The notes under the pieces were generated by a model. The model made no database searches, was not told the origin of the DNA, and was given only the letters and a program-made list of their open reading frames with translations. A stretch of 64,000 bases of DNA from the human T2T-CHM13v2.0 reference genome, Homo sapiens: assembly GCF_009914755.1 (NCBI RefSeq), contig NC_060945.1; one strand, given 5' to 3'. Both the position numbers and the translations under genes were made by a program. How positions within the stretch are numbered: position 1 is the first letter of the stretch; each line of letters begins with the position of its first letter. Positions 32,212-43,142 of this stretch are shown here, in pieces.

Positions 32212-33195
32212 TGTGTATAAGTCAGAGTCCCAGCAAGAAAGGTATAGCAAATATTCCAATGGGCTAATGGAGGGGAGTTTGATGAAGGGATTATTTTCAA
32301 AGGTGAGGAAAGGGTTAAGGAGACTCAACAAGGGACAGTGTAAAGGCTAATTTTAGGTGTACACTTGACTGCATTAAGTAATATCCAGAGAGCCGGTAAA
32401 GCATTATTTCTGGGTCTATGAGGGCGATTTTGGAAAAGATTGACATTTGAGCCAGCAGACTACGTAAGGAAGATCCACTCTCACTGAATGTGAGCGAGCA
32501 CCATCCAATCAGCTGAGGGCCCAGATAGAACAAAAAGGCAGAAGAAAATCAGATTCACTCTCTCTCTTCTGGAGCTGAAACAACTTTCTTTTCCTGCCAT
32601 AGGACATCAGGACCCCAGGTTCTCTGGTCTTGGGACTCTGAGACTTGCACCAGGAATCCTGCCCAGGCTCTCAGGCCTTTGGACTCAGACTGAGCTACTT
32701 CACTGGCTTTCCTGGTTCTCCAGCTTGAAGATGGCAGATCGTGGGACTTCTCAGCCTCCATAATTGAGTGAGCCAATTCCCTGGTAAGTCCCCTCTCACG
32801 TATTTATATCTATATCCTTATACTATTTGTTCTGTTTCTCTGAAAAACCCTGAAGAACACAGCAGTAAAATAACCTGGGGCTAGCGACCACAGAGAGTAA
32901 CAAGAAGGTGGAAGGAGTGTACCAGACTCTGGAGGGGACACTTGGAAGAGATTCATGCCCTACCCAAGGTGGGGCCATCTGTAGAGGGATGCAGACAACC
33001 CAGGGAAGGACACACCCTGACCTCACTCTTCTCTTGCCATCTGATTACCTGGCAGTGCCTTCTATTGGCCAAACCCAACAGAAGCCAGAGAAGAAAGGTG
33101 ACCATTGATGTGGTTCACAAATGTCTATCTGCTGGGACACAGAGAAGAGTAAAGAGTAGATCTACAGGAGGTAAATGAATGATATTTAGCACACT
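32212..33195. mobile_element. Ancient LTR (ERVL/Gypsy-type, subfamily uncertain) split by MLT2
   Basis: TGTGTATAAGTCAGAGTCCCAGCAAGAAA start and TATTGGCCAAACCCAACAGAAGCCAGAG...ATATTTAGCACA end. Confidence 0.5.
32339..32861 (+). mobile_element. MLT2B/C-like solo LTR
   Basis: CACCATCCAATCAGCTGAGGGCCCAGATAGAACAAAAAGGCAGA and GGCAGATCGTGGGACTTCTCAGCCTCCATAAT. Confidence 0.8.
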
Positions 33196-33686
33196 GCATG
33201 TTTTATCTTTTTGTTAACAGTGTAAAAATGAAGTCTTCTGTTGTCTCTCTCTGATATGCGTGTGTGTGTGTGTATGTGTGTGTGTGTGTAGTTCTGCCGT
33301 TCTTGAAGCTAAACTCTAAAGGAGGTGATGAACAATTAGACAAGTAGTTATAATAAATGTGCTACTATATGGGAAATAAAAGATCTCATGAAAGTTTTAG
33401 TAGGTAAACCTTGTGAAGTCTGTGGAGTCATAAATGGCTCCTGAAACAAGACAGGTTTAAATAGATATCCTGAGGATAAGGAAGGTGTTAGGCAGATGAA
33501 GAGGCTGATACTGGTGGGGTATGGCAAAGAGAAACTGGGGGTGAGGGGGGTTTTCAAGTTTGATGAGGGGTTGAAATATTTTATTTCATATATTTTATTT
33601 TTTACTGTTTACTTGCTCTCTGACCTTGGGTGAATTACCTAACTTTTCTGTGCCACAATTTTCCATCTGTAAAGTAGTTATTATAC

Positions 33687-35976
33687 TGTATTAGTCCGTT
33701 TTCACACTGCTGATAAAGACATGTGTGAGACTGGCCAATTTACAAAAGAAAGAGATTTAATGGACTTACAGTTTCACATGGCGGGGGGTTGAGGGGCTCA
33801 CAATCATGGTGGAAGGCAAGAAGGAGCAAGTCATGTCTTACATGGATGGCAGCAGGCAAAGAAAGAGCTTGTGTAGGGAAACTCCCATTTTTAAAAACAT
33901 CAAATGTCTTGAGATTCAGAACTGCCCCCATAATTTAATCACTTCCCCCCGGGTTCCTCCTAGGACACATGGGAATTGTGGGAGTTGCAATTTAAGATGA
34001 GATATGGGTGGGGACACAGACAAAGCATATCATTCTACCCCAGCCCCTCCCAAATCTCATGTCCTCACATTTTAAAACCAATCATGCCTTCCCAACAGTC
34101 CCCCAAAGGCTTAACTCATTTCAGCATTAACTCAGAAGTCTACAGTCCTAAGTCTTATCTGCGGTAAGGCAAGTCACTTCTGCCTACGAGCCTGTAAAAT
34201 CAAAAGCAGGTTAGTTACTTCCTAGATACAATGGCGGTACAGGAATTGGGTAAATGCAGCCATTCCAAATGGGTGAAATTGACCAAAACGAAGGGGCTAC
34301 AGGCCCCGTGCAAATCAGAAATCCAGCAGGGCAGTCAAATCTTAAGGCCCCAAAATGATCTCCTTTAACTCCATGCCTCACACCCAGGTCATGCTGATGT
34401 GAGAGGTGGGCTCCCATCCCCTTGGGCAGCTCTGCCCCTGTGGCTTTGCAGGGTAAAGTCCCGCTCCTGGCTGCCTTCATGGGCTGGTGTTGAGTGTCTG
34501 CGGCTTTTACAGGTGCGCAGTGCAAGCTGTCAGTGGATCTACCATTCTGGGGTCTGGAGGATGATGGCCCTCTTCTCACAGCTGCACTAGGTGGTGCCCC
34601 CATAGGGACTCTGTGTTGGAGCTCTGACCCCACATTTCCCTTCTGTACTGCCCTAGCAGAGGTTCTCCATGAGCACTCTGCCCCTGCAGCAAACTTCTGC
34701 CCGGGCATCCAGGCATTTCCATACATCCTCTGACATCTAGGCAGAGGTTCTCAAACTTCAATTCTTGACCTCTGTGCACCTGCAGACTCAATACCACGTG
34801 GAAGCTACCAAGGTTTGGGATTCCACCCTCTGAAGCAACAGCCCAAGCTGTTACTTTTAGTCATGGCTGGAGCAGCTGGGACACAGGGCACCAAGTCCCT
34901 AAACTGTACACAGCAGAGGGACCCTAGGTCTGGCCCACGAAACCATTTTTTCCTCCTAAATCTCCAAGCCTATGATAAGAGGGGCTGCCACAAACCACAA
35001 AGGTCTCTGACATGCCCTGGAGACATTTTTCCCACTGTCTCGGGGATTAACATTTGGCTCCTTGTTACTTATGCAAATTTATGCAGCCAGCTTGAATTTC
35101 TCCTCAGAAAATGGGATTTTCTTTTCTATAGCATTGTTAGGCTGCAAATTTTTCAAACTTTTATGCTGTTTCCCTTATAAAACTGAATGATTTTAACAGC
35201 ACCCAAGTCACCTCTTGAATGCTTTGCTGCTTATAAATTTCTTTTGCCAGATACCCTAAATCATCTTTCTCAAGTTCAGAGTCCTGCAAATCTCTAGGGC
35301 AGGGACAAAATGCTGCCAGCCTCTTTGCTAAAACATAACAAGAGTCACCTTTGCTCCAGTTTCCAGCAAGTTCCTCATCTCCATCTGAGATCACCTTAGC
35401 CTGGATTTCATTGTCCATATCATTATCAGCATTTTATTCAAAGCCATTCAACAAGTCTCTAGGGAGTTCCAAACTTTCCCACATTTTTCTGTTTTCTTCT
35501 GAACCCTCCAGACTGTTCCAACCTCTGTCTGTTACCCAGTTCCAAAGTTGCTTCCACATTTTCGGGTATCTTTTCAGCAGCACCCCACTTTACTGGTACC
35601 AATTTACTGTATTATTCAGTTTTCATGCTTCTGATAAAGACATACCCAAGACTGGGCAATTTACAAAAGAAAGAAGTTTAATGGACTTACAGTTTCACAT
35701 AGCTGGGGAGGCCTCACAATTATGGCAGAAGGCAAGGAGGAGCAAGTCATGTCTTACATGGATGGCAGCAGGCAAAGAGAGAGCTTGTGCAGGGAAACTC
35801 TCATTTTTAAAACCATCAAATCTTGTGAGACTCATTCACTATCACAAGAACAGCCCAGAAAAGATCTGCCCCCATAATTTAATCACCTCCCACTGGGTTC
35901 CTCCCATGACATATGAGAATTATGGGAGTTACAATTCAAGATGGGATTTGGGTGGGGACACAGAACAACCATATCA
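33687..35976 (-). mobile_element. Complete THE1 (THE1B-like) MaLR: 5' LTR 35608-35976, internal region 34033-35607, 3' LTR 33687-34032
   Basis: Two homologous LTRs around THE1-int (reverse start GTAAATTGGTACCAGTA); 5-bp TSD TATAC at 33682 and 35977; inserted in a MIR (about 33615-33686 and 35982-36090). Confidence 0.93.
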
Positions 35977-36344
35977 TATACTAAACTCACAAGTTGTTGT
36001 AAGGATTAAACAAGAAAATACATTTACATTTTTGAGACGGTGCTTGGCAGATAGCACATGCTCAATAAATGGTAGCTATTATTATTAACATTGTATGAGG
36101 ATTAGCTGCAGTCAGTAGAGAGTGAGATCTATCGGAGTAAATACATCTGACTGTATACTGCTAGTGAGGTAGTCAGAGGCCCCACTGAAGACAAAGATAA
36201 GGATCTGAAGAACTGACAGCTTGAGAATAAGTTTTCATATTGTTCCAAGGACAATAAAAAGATGGATTTAATACAGGGAAGTTATATGATCACTTGCCTA
36301 TTTTAGAAAGTTTTGCTGCCACTGTTCATGTCTTGCCTGTTCTT

Positions 36345-37085
36345 CTACAAGGTACATTTCCAAGCTCCCTTGCAGTTAGGGGCCATATACCTAACTTTTG
36401 GCCAAGGGTTTGTATTAGTCTGGACTCACAAGAGAAACAGGACCAATAGGATGGATGGATAGATAGATAGACAGAAACAGATTTATTATAAGAAATTGTT
36501 TCCTGTGATTATAGAGGCTGGGAAGTCCAAAATCTGCAGTGTGAACTGGCAGGCAGAGGCTCAGGAGAGTCTATGATGCCAATGAAATGTGAAGGTAGTT
36601 TGCTGAAGAATTCCCTCTTGCTTGAGGAGGCTGGTCTTTTTGTTCTATTCAGGCCTTCAACTGATCGGATGAGCCTCATCTATATTATGGAGGGCAATCT
36701 TCTTTATGCAAAGTTCACTGTTTTAAATGTTAATGCCATTCAGAAACATCATCTAAGTTAACACATAAAATTAACCACCAAGGGTGTGTTGGGCAGAAGT
36801 GATGTGTGCCCCTTATAGGCAGGGGGTCTAACCCTCTTGTGTACAATCTTCCATGCTTTCTTCCTTTGCTACTTGGCAGGTGAGAGGTACAGTATCTAGA
36901 ATAGGATGTAAACTCTAGGGGGATGAAGGAGCCACTAGGAAGAAGGAAGCAAGTCCTTAAAAGATTAGGTGGAATAGACATTTATCCACCTTTGTCTCTC
37001 ATTGAATTGAGACGTGTGAGAAATAGGCAGATGTTGTGTTAAGCTTTGGGACTTAGGGGTTGTTTATTACAGCAGTTAGTATATC
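36345..37085 (-). mobile_element. Old MLT1-type LTR split by MLT2
   Basis: ACATTTCCAAGCTCCCTTGCAGTTAGG...TGGCCAAGGG resumes after 36781 as GGCAGAAGTGATGTGTGCC. Confidence 0.65.
36411..36781 (-). mobile_element. MLT2 solo LTR
   Basis: TGTATTAGTC...AGAGAAACAGGACCAATAGGA...ACACATAAAATTAACCACCA; TSD GGGTT/GGGTG. Confidence 0.8.
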
Positions 37086-38142
37086 CTGACTGATGAATCA
37101 TTCTGGCAGCAGGGAGGGCAATGTGTTGACACAGGTTAAGGCTACAGTCAGGAAGGCCAGCTAGGAATTTTTGGTACAAGTCCAGGCAAGAGATAATGCT
37201 GAGCTGGACTAGGTTGATGCAGCATGTGGACAGCAGATGTTTAAATTAATCATACTGTGAGTAGTAATAAGCATTTAGTGCTTTACCAAATTATCTCAGT
37301 GAACACTCCAAATTTCTATTTTTTCCAAGAAAAAGAATAAATTGACAGATTGTCCAGATTTATTCCACAATAAAGGAAAGTTATGAAATATGATGCTATT
37401 TCTGGTTTCTTATTTACAGTTAAGTTCATGTTCAACTTAACCAAAAGAATCTTAGGGAAAGTTGAAGTGATAATGCTTAATTAGGAGGTACATGGCAGTA
37501 CAGTTAGAGTGAAGAAAAGAAGAAGTGAGACAGAGAAGTCTAAGAAGCAAATTCAAGGTGATATACCAAGTGGGCCACTGCTTATGGCTCTAAAAAAAAA
37601 AAAACACTGTACCTCAGAACAACCCAACAGATGGAAAATTGTGGGGGAAATTTATCTGTGAGCTCACTCATGTCTCCTGTCTCCTGTTGGCTAAAGGTCA
37701 TTCCAGAGAAAATTTACAACATTGTTCCACTGCTTTAGAGGTGGAGCGAGGCCCAGAGATTCTGGATGTCTGGACAGCCTAGTATGACTTGCTGTGGCTG
37801 CAATTACTACAGAGAAAGCAGCCAATGGCCCACAAAATAGATGAGGCTGAAGAATCAGAGGAGACACTCAAGATGGGTTGATAAATCTGGTTTGGAACTC
37901 ATCAGTGGTAGCTCTGATAAGGTTGTTAGCACACTTATCTATGAAGTACTTTAATTAAATAAAGGGTTATTTAATTGCCCATGTAGTGTGATAGTATTAC
38001 TGCTATTTATGTGGAAATTAAACACAATAACAACAGCAATGTTTTACATTAGATTTCAGGAATGTGGGGTGACATTCCTTATGAGGTCTTAGCTTTAAGT
38101 TTATTCTTTTACTGAATGCACTGAGATGTAGCTCCTAAAGGT

Positions 38143-38615
38143 TGCGAACTCTGAATATCTGAGACAGGTCTCAGTTAATTTAGAGAGTTTATTTTGCCAA
38201 GTTTGAGGACATGCAGCCGTGACAGCCTCAGGAGTCCTGAAGACACGTGCCCAAGGTGGTCAGAGCACAGCTTGCTTTTATTCATTTTAGGGAGACGGGA
38301 GACATCAGTCAACATATGAAAGATGAACATTGGTTCCTTCTGGAAAAGTGGGACAATTGGAAGCAAAGGTGGGACAACTTCAAGCAGGGAGGGGACTTCC
38401 AGCTCATAGGTAGATAAGAAACAAATGGTTACATTCTTTTGAGTTTCTGATTAGCCCCTCCAAAGAAGGCAATGAGATATGCATTTATCTCAGTGAGCAG
38501 GGGTGGGGGTTGGCTTTGAATAGAATGGGAGGCAGGTTTGCCCTAAGTAGTCCCAGCTTGACTTTTCCCTTTAGCTTAGTGATTTGGGGGCCTCAAGATT
38601 TATTTTCCTTTCACA
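38143..38615 (-). mobile_element. MER4A1-like (ERV1) solo LTR
   Basis: Reverse complement begins TGTGAAAGGAAAATAAATCTTGAGGCCCCCAAATCACTAAGCTAAAGGGAAAAGTCAAGCTGGG; 4-bp TSD AGGT/AGCT. Confidence 0.87.
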
Positions 38616-38776
38616 AGCTTTTCCATTATTTACAGCAGACTTTGTCTTTTTCTGCCTCTTTTTTTTTTTCCTGCCAAAGTCTGCATTATCACCATAAATG
38701 CTGACAACTGCCCTATGAGGTAGGTGTAAGCATGGGCTCAATTTTACAGATTTGTAAAATAAATTAAAAAAAGTAA

Positions 38777-39143
<367 letters not shown>

Positions 39144-40344
39144 AGTTCTTCAGTTTTATACAAGTCCCAAAGGCCAGGAACAAAATACTTGTTCTTAAGT
39201 AGCCCTATAATTTAGAAAAGGTGCCAAACTACTCATGTGGAACTAGAAAGATGGCAACACAAAGATAGCTTTAAACAATCACTTACTTGAGTTTTGAAAC
39301 AGGTTGAAGTCAAAGAAGCTGAGAGTCAGGAATTCTTTGGAGAGTGTTGTTGACATGCTGTTCTTCCCCTCTCCCTTTCTTTGGAAGAGAAGGATGTTGA
39401 GGAACGTGAGGGTCTCTTGGAGTTTGAGGGATAGAGTGTCTGATATTTGGCTCATGCCTGAGGAAGCTAAAGGTGAGAGGCTGTGGCTGGAGGTGCCTCT
39501 GCCCGGTAGCACCATACAAAGTGCTAAACAGGGAGCAAAGGCATGTACACAAGGGGGAGAATAAAAGTAGCATTTCCTGTGAAAGCTGTGTGAATGCAGA
39601 AAAGAGAGCTGGTCAGCATCCTCCGCTGGAGTATAGCTGATGGTGAAGGGACTTGAGGAGAGAAATGGGCAGCCAGAAGCCCAAGGGCCAGCAGGAGGGA
39701 GCAGTAAGTAGCCTGTGGGAGGAGAGGCAGTTGGTGCACTCTAGTGCAAAGGTGTCCGAGGGCTGTCTCCAAAAACCCTTTATTGGAGAATCAGCCTTGG
39801 AGACCGGAGAGAAATGATGTGAGATCACAACTGTGTCACCATGGAGCAGCTGTGCACTTTCCTGCCAACTCCTCTTCCCTGGGCCTGACCTAGCAGGAGA
39901 GGAGGTGAACAAGGAAGAGAAAGGAAGCCAGCTTCATCCTATTTGCCCATTGCAGGCTTCCAAGTCTGAAGCTGGGAGAGAAGAGAAGTTTTAACTTGAA
40001 ATGAGATTGTCATTATACAATTAGTCGGGACTGTTCTGACCTGGACTTTTTATTATCTGAAATCTCTAGACTGAAGGACTTTTTAGCTGAACATAACATA
40101 AAAATCAATAATACATGCTTGATATTGCATTCAGGGTAGAAATTAATAAGTCTACAGAAATAAGTTTTTCTTTTTTGTACATTGTCATCATATCCACCTT
40201 GTAAAACCAAATAGGTGCACTGCTAATCATTCTGTTATATTACCACAGAGCTTGTCCTTATCTGGCTCTGTTAAAAAAATGCTACATAAGAAGACAAAGA
40301 CACCAATCAATGATCACTCATTAAGCCTGTGGTCTGAATTAGTT

Positions 40345-40461
40345 AATACAGTTGGGAATCAGGATTAAGACATTCTAAAGGCAAATATTATAAAAAGAAT
40401 AGTCTGGAACATAAGTCACTGGAAGTTTAGGTTAAAGAGTGCATTAGTGAGCAATCTGGGC
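40345..40461 (+). repeat. Copy 1 of a 117-bp dispersed direct repeat (copy 2 at 42183-42300)
   Basis: AATACAGTTGGGAATCAGGATTAAGAC...GCAATCTGGGC occurs twice, with 4 substitutions and 1 indel. Confidence 0.95.
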
Positions 40462-40574
40462 AGCCAAGCTCAAGGGAGGGGGCACTAGTGGCCGTGTGGG
40501 GTGGAAGAAAGGAAAGGACACACCCCTGAGGAGAATCCAATCTGCGTATGAGCAGCCTCTGTAAATTCCACCTG

Positions 40575-40593
40575 ATGCGACCTCTAGTGGTCA
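40575..40593 (-). promoter_or_regulatory. Candidate CTCF site
   Basis: Reverse complement TGACCACTAGAGGTCGCAT is close to consensus TGGCCACYAGRGGGCGCTA. Confidence 0.5.
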
Positions 40594-41461
40594 CTCTAGT
40601 ACCATGCTACAGTGTGCATATCCAAAATTGTGACCAGTCCATAACATGAAAGTTGACTCTCAGTTTTCACAGGTTTAAAATTTTAGAACTGTGCAGGCAG
40701 AGAGCTCTTAATACATATTAATGGTTTGATTGCTCAGGTGGAGAATGGGTGAAGATGTATGCACCTGGGCCAGTTTCCTGATAGCTGACTTTCATGCTGA
40801 GTGTAAATTTGGCCACACATTTGAAGTGTCAGAGGGCAAATAGGAAAGAATTAAATAACTCATTGATTTCTCAACTGACCTTTGGCATTATTCATAAAGA
40901 GTACATAGAAGGCTTTGAATAAATGCTTGTTGAATAAATAAACAAGGAGCTACTCCTTATGGAGTTTGCTTTTTCATTGTCATGAATTGGGAGATTTAAA
41001 TTATAGGAACTTAGTATGTTAACATCCACAAATTTTAAATTCGCCTGCGAGTAAAAGGATAAATTTATTTATAATAGATTTGGATGATTCCTATTTTTGT
41101 TATTTTATTCATTACATTTTATACAGGCAATCCAGGACTATAAGTGAGCCACACACTTTCTGAGTTCCTTTGAGTAAATGACTATTCCATGTTGGTTGTC
41201 CAGAAAGGTCAAATAGTGGACCCAATATCTTTTATTGGTTATTTTCAAAGTTTAGTAATGTAGTGATTATAAGTTTCTTTGAGATGTTTATTCTTTTTCT
41301 TTGTTTACTCATGAGGATATAATTTGAGATGTTTAATAGACAATTAGTATTTCAAAACTTATTTTAATTTGTGGTTTAATTAATAGTAATTTAATTAGTT
41401 CCAATAAGCATAATGAGAACATAAAAACTCTAAATTAGTAGGTGTAATGATTCTTGTCTTT

Positions 41462-41477
41462 CCTCAAGAGGGCAGCA
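41462..41477 (+). promoter_or_regulatory. Candidate CTCF site
   Basis: CCTCAAGAGGGCAGCA, 14/16 identical to CCACCAGAGGGCAGCA. Confidence 0.4.
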
Positions 41478-41782
41478 AAACCGCACTGCTCAGTTCTCAA
41501 AGATCAGGATGAAAATCTTAAAAAGCTGATACACAGACAGCTTTCATATTAGTCCAACTAATTAAACATAACATGTGTTGATATTTGTATTGCCATTTTA
41601 CAAAAGTTTAGCTTTTCCTTTATGAAATGAAAAAAAAATCTACTTCTTTGTCTTAGGTTAGACAACAGAATTATACTTGCCTAGGGTCTCAACACACATT
41701 GTTTACACAAGGACAAATGATTAAGTAAGCTACTGAGGGTAACAAATAAATAAGGTGGTTTTTTTTTTTTTTTTTCCTGAAG

Positions 41783-42156
41783 TGTATTAGTCCATTCTCA
41801 TACTTCTATGAAGAAATACCTGAGATTGGATAGTTTATAAAGGAAAGAAGTTTAATTAACTCACAGTTCCTCATTGCTGGGGAGGCCTCAGGAAACTTAT
41901 AATCATGGCAGAAGGCAAAGGAGAAGCAAACACCTTCTTCACAGGGCCTCAGCATGGAGAGATGCAAGCAGGGGAAATGCCAGATGGTGATAAAACTATC
42001 AGATCTTGTGATACTCACTCACTGTCACGAGAACAACATGACAGAAACCGCCCCCACGATTCATTTACCTCCACCTGGTCCCGCCCTTGACACGTGGATT
42101 ATAGGGATTACAATTCAAGATGAGATTTTGGGTGGGGACACAGCCAAACCATATCA
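41783..42156 (-). mobile_element. THE1D/MSTA-like solo LTR
   Basis: TGTATTAGTCCATTCTCA...GGAGGCCTCAGGAAACTTATAATCATGGCAGAAGG...GGGGACACAGCCAAACCATATCA. Confidence 0.87.
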
Positions 42157-42182
42157 CCAAGTTACTAAAGTGATCGTACTTG

Positions 42183-42300
42183 AATACAGTTGGGAATCAG
42201 GATTAAGACTTTCTAAAGGCAAATATTATAAAAAGAATACTCTGGAACATAAGTCACTGGGAAGTTTAGGATAAAGAGTGCATTAGTGGGCAATCTGGGC
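42183..42300 (+). repeat. Copy 2 of the 117-bp dispersed direct repeat
   Basis: About 96% identical to 40345-40461. Confidence 0.95.
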
Positions 42301-42352
42301 CATTTTGGAAATTGCCTTTCTATAATCTATCCTAGGTAGAAAGACCTTTTAA

Positions 42353-42604
42353 ATACACAGACACACACACACACACGCACACACACACAGACATACACAC
42401 ATATGTGTATGCATATATGTATATGTATGCATATATGTGTATATGTATGTATATGTATATCTGTGTGTATGTATGTATATCTGTGTGTATGTATATATGT
42501 ATATATGTATATATATGTATATATGTATATATGTATATATATGTATATATGTATATATGTATATATATGTATATGTATGTATGTGTGTGTGTATATATAT
42601 ATAT
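42353..42604. repeat. Compound (CA)n/(TATG)n/(TA)n microsatellite
   Basis: About 250 bp of almost uninterrupted alternating purine-pyrimidine sequence. Confidence 0.95.
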
Positions 42605-42945
42605 CCCAGAGTTGAAGAAAACTTGAATATTGGCTCCAGAAAAATAGGGAAATGAGAGGGAGTTGAATATACCCCTGCCCACACGTATAGAATGGAATTT
42701 GGGCATTTCCTAGGCAGATTATAGATGAGGTTTGTCTTTAGCGCTTATAACATTGTCTTTGATATCCTCTCTGTTCCTGGCTTGCTACGTGCTGTTCTTA
42801 TATTTAGAAGGTGGTCATATGGTCCTGACAGTTGTTGCCTAATAGTGGTTCAAAACATTTCTTTTCTGTGGTATATTTGCATTTAATAGAGGACAGGAGA
42901 AGGCTGGAAGATTTTCAAGGCATAAAGGAATGGACTATAATGGAT

Positions 42946-43142
42946 CCTCAGAGGCCTGCATCCTGCCCTGGGGCTCCTGCTTTCATTTTAATAGCAGCAG
43001 CTGTAGGGTGGGAACAGGGAGACCAGCACCTACATGTGCCACAATGACCAAATCCACCACTGTTTCTGCCAGAGGGAGGTACGAGTGGGCCATTCACCTT
43101 ATAGCTGCCTGCCTCCACTGCTCATGCTGATAGAATATTCTG
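42946..43142 (+). repeat. Isolated 197-bp copy of L1 5' UTR segment 45679-45875
   Basis: Ungapped match with about 13 substitutions; flanked by ATGGACTATA / ATGGACCATA. Confidence 0.93.

Noticed and set aside
34211-36088. 171-aa and 245-aa ORFs
   Set aside because: They lie almost entirely in THE1 internal and LTR sequence, so they are repeat-derived open frames
40345-42300. The 117-bp direct repeats as LTRs of a novel element
   Set aside because: No TG...CA termini, TSD, primer-binding site or polypurine tract; the spacer is ordinary host DNA plus a THE1/MST LTR
42332-42706. Several ORFs rich in Y/I/H/T/C/V/M
   Set aside because: Translations of the microsatellite
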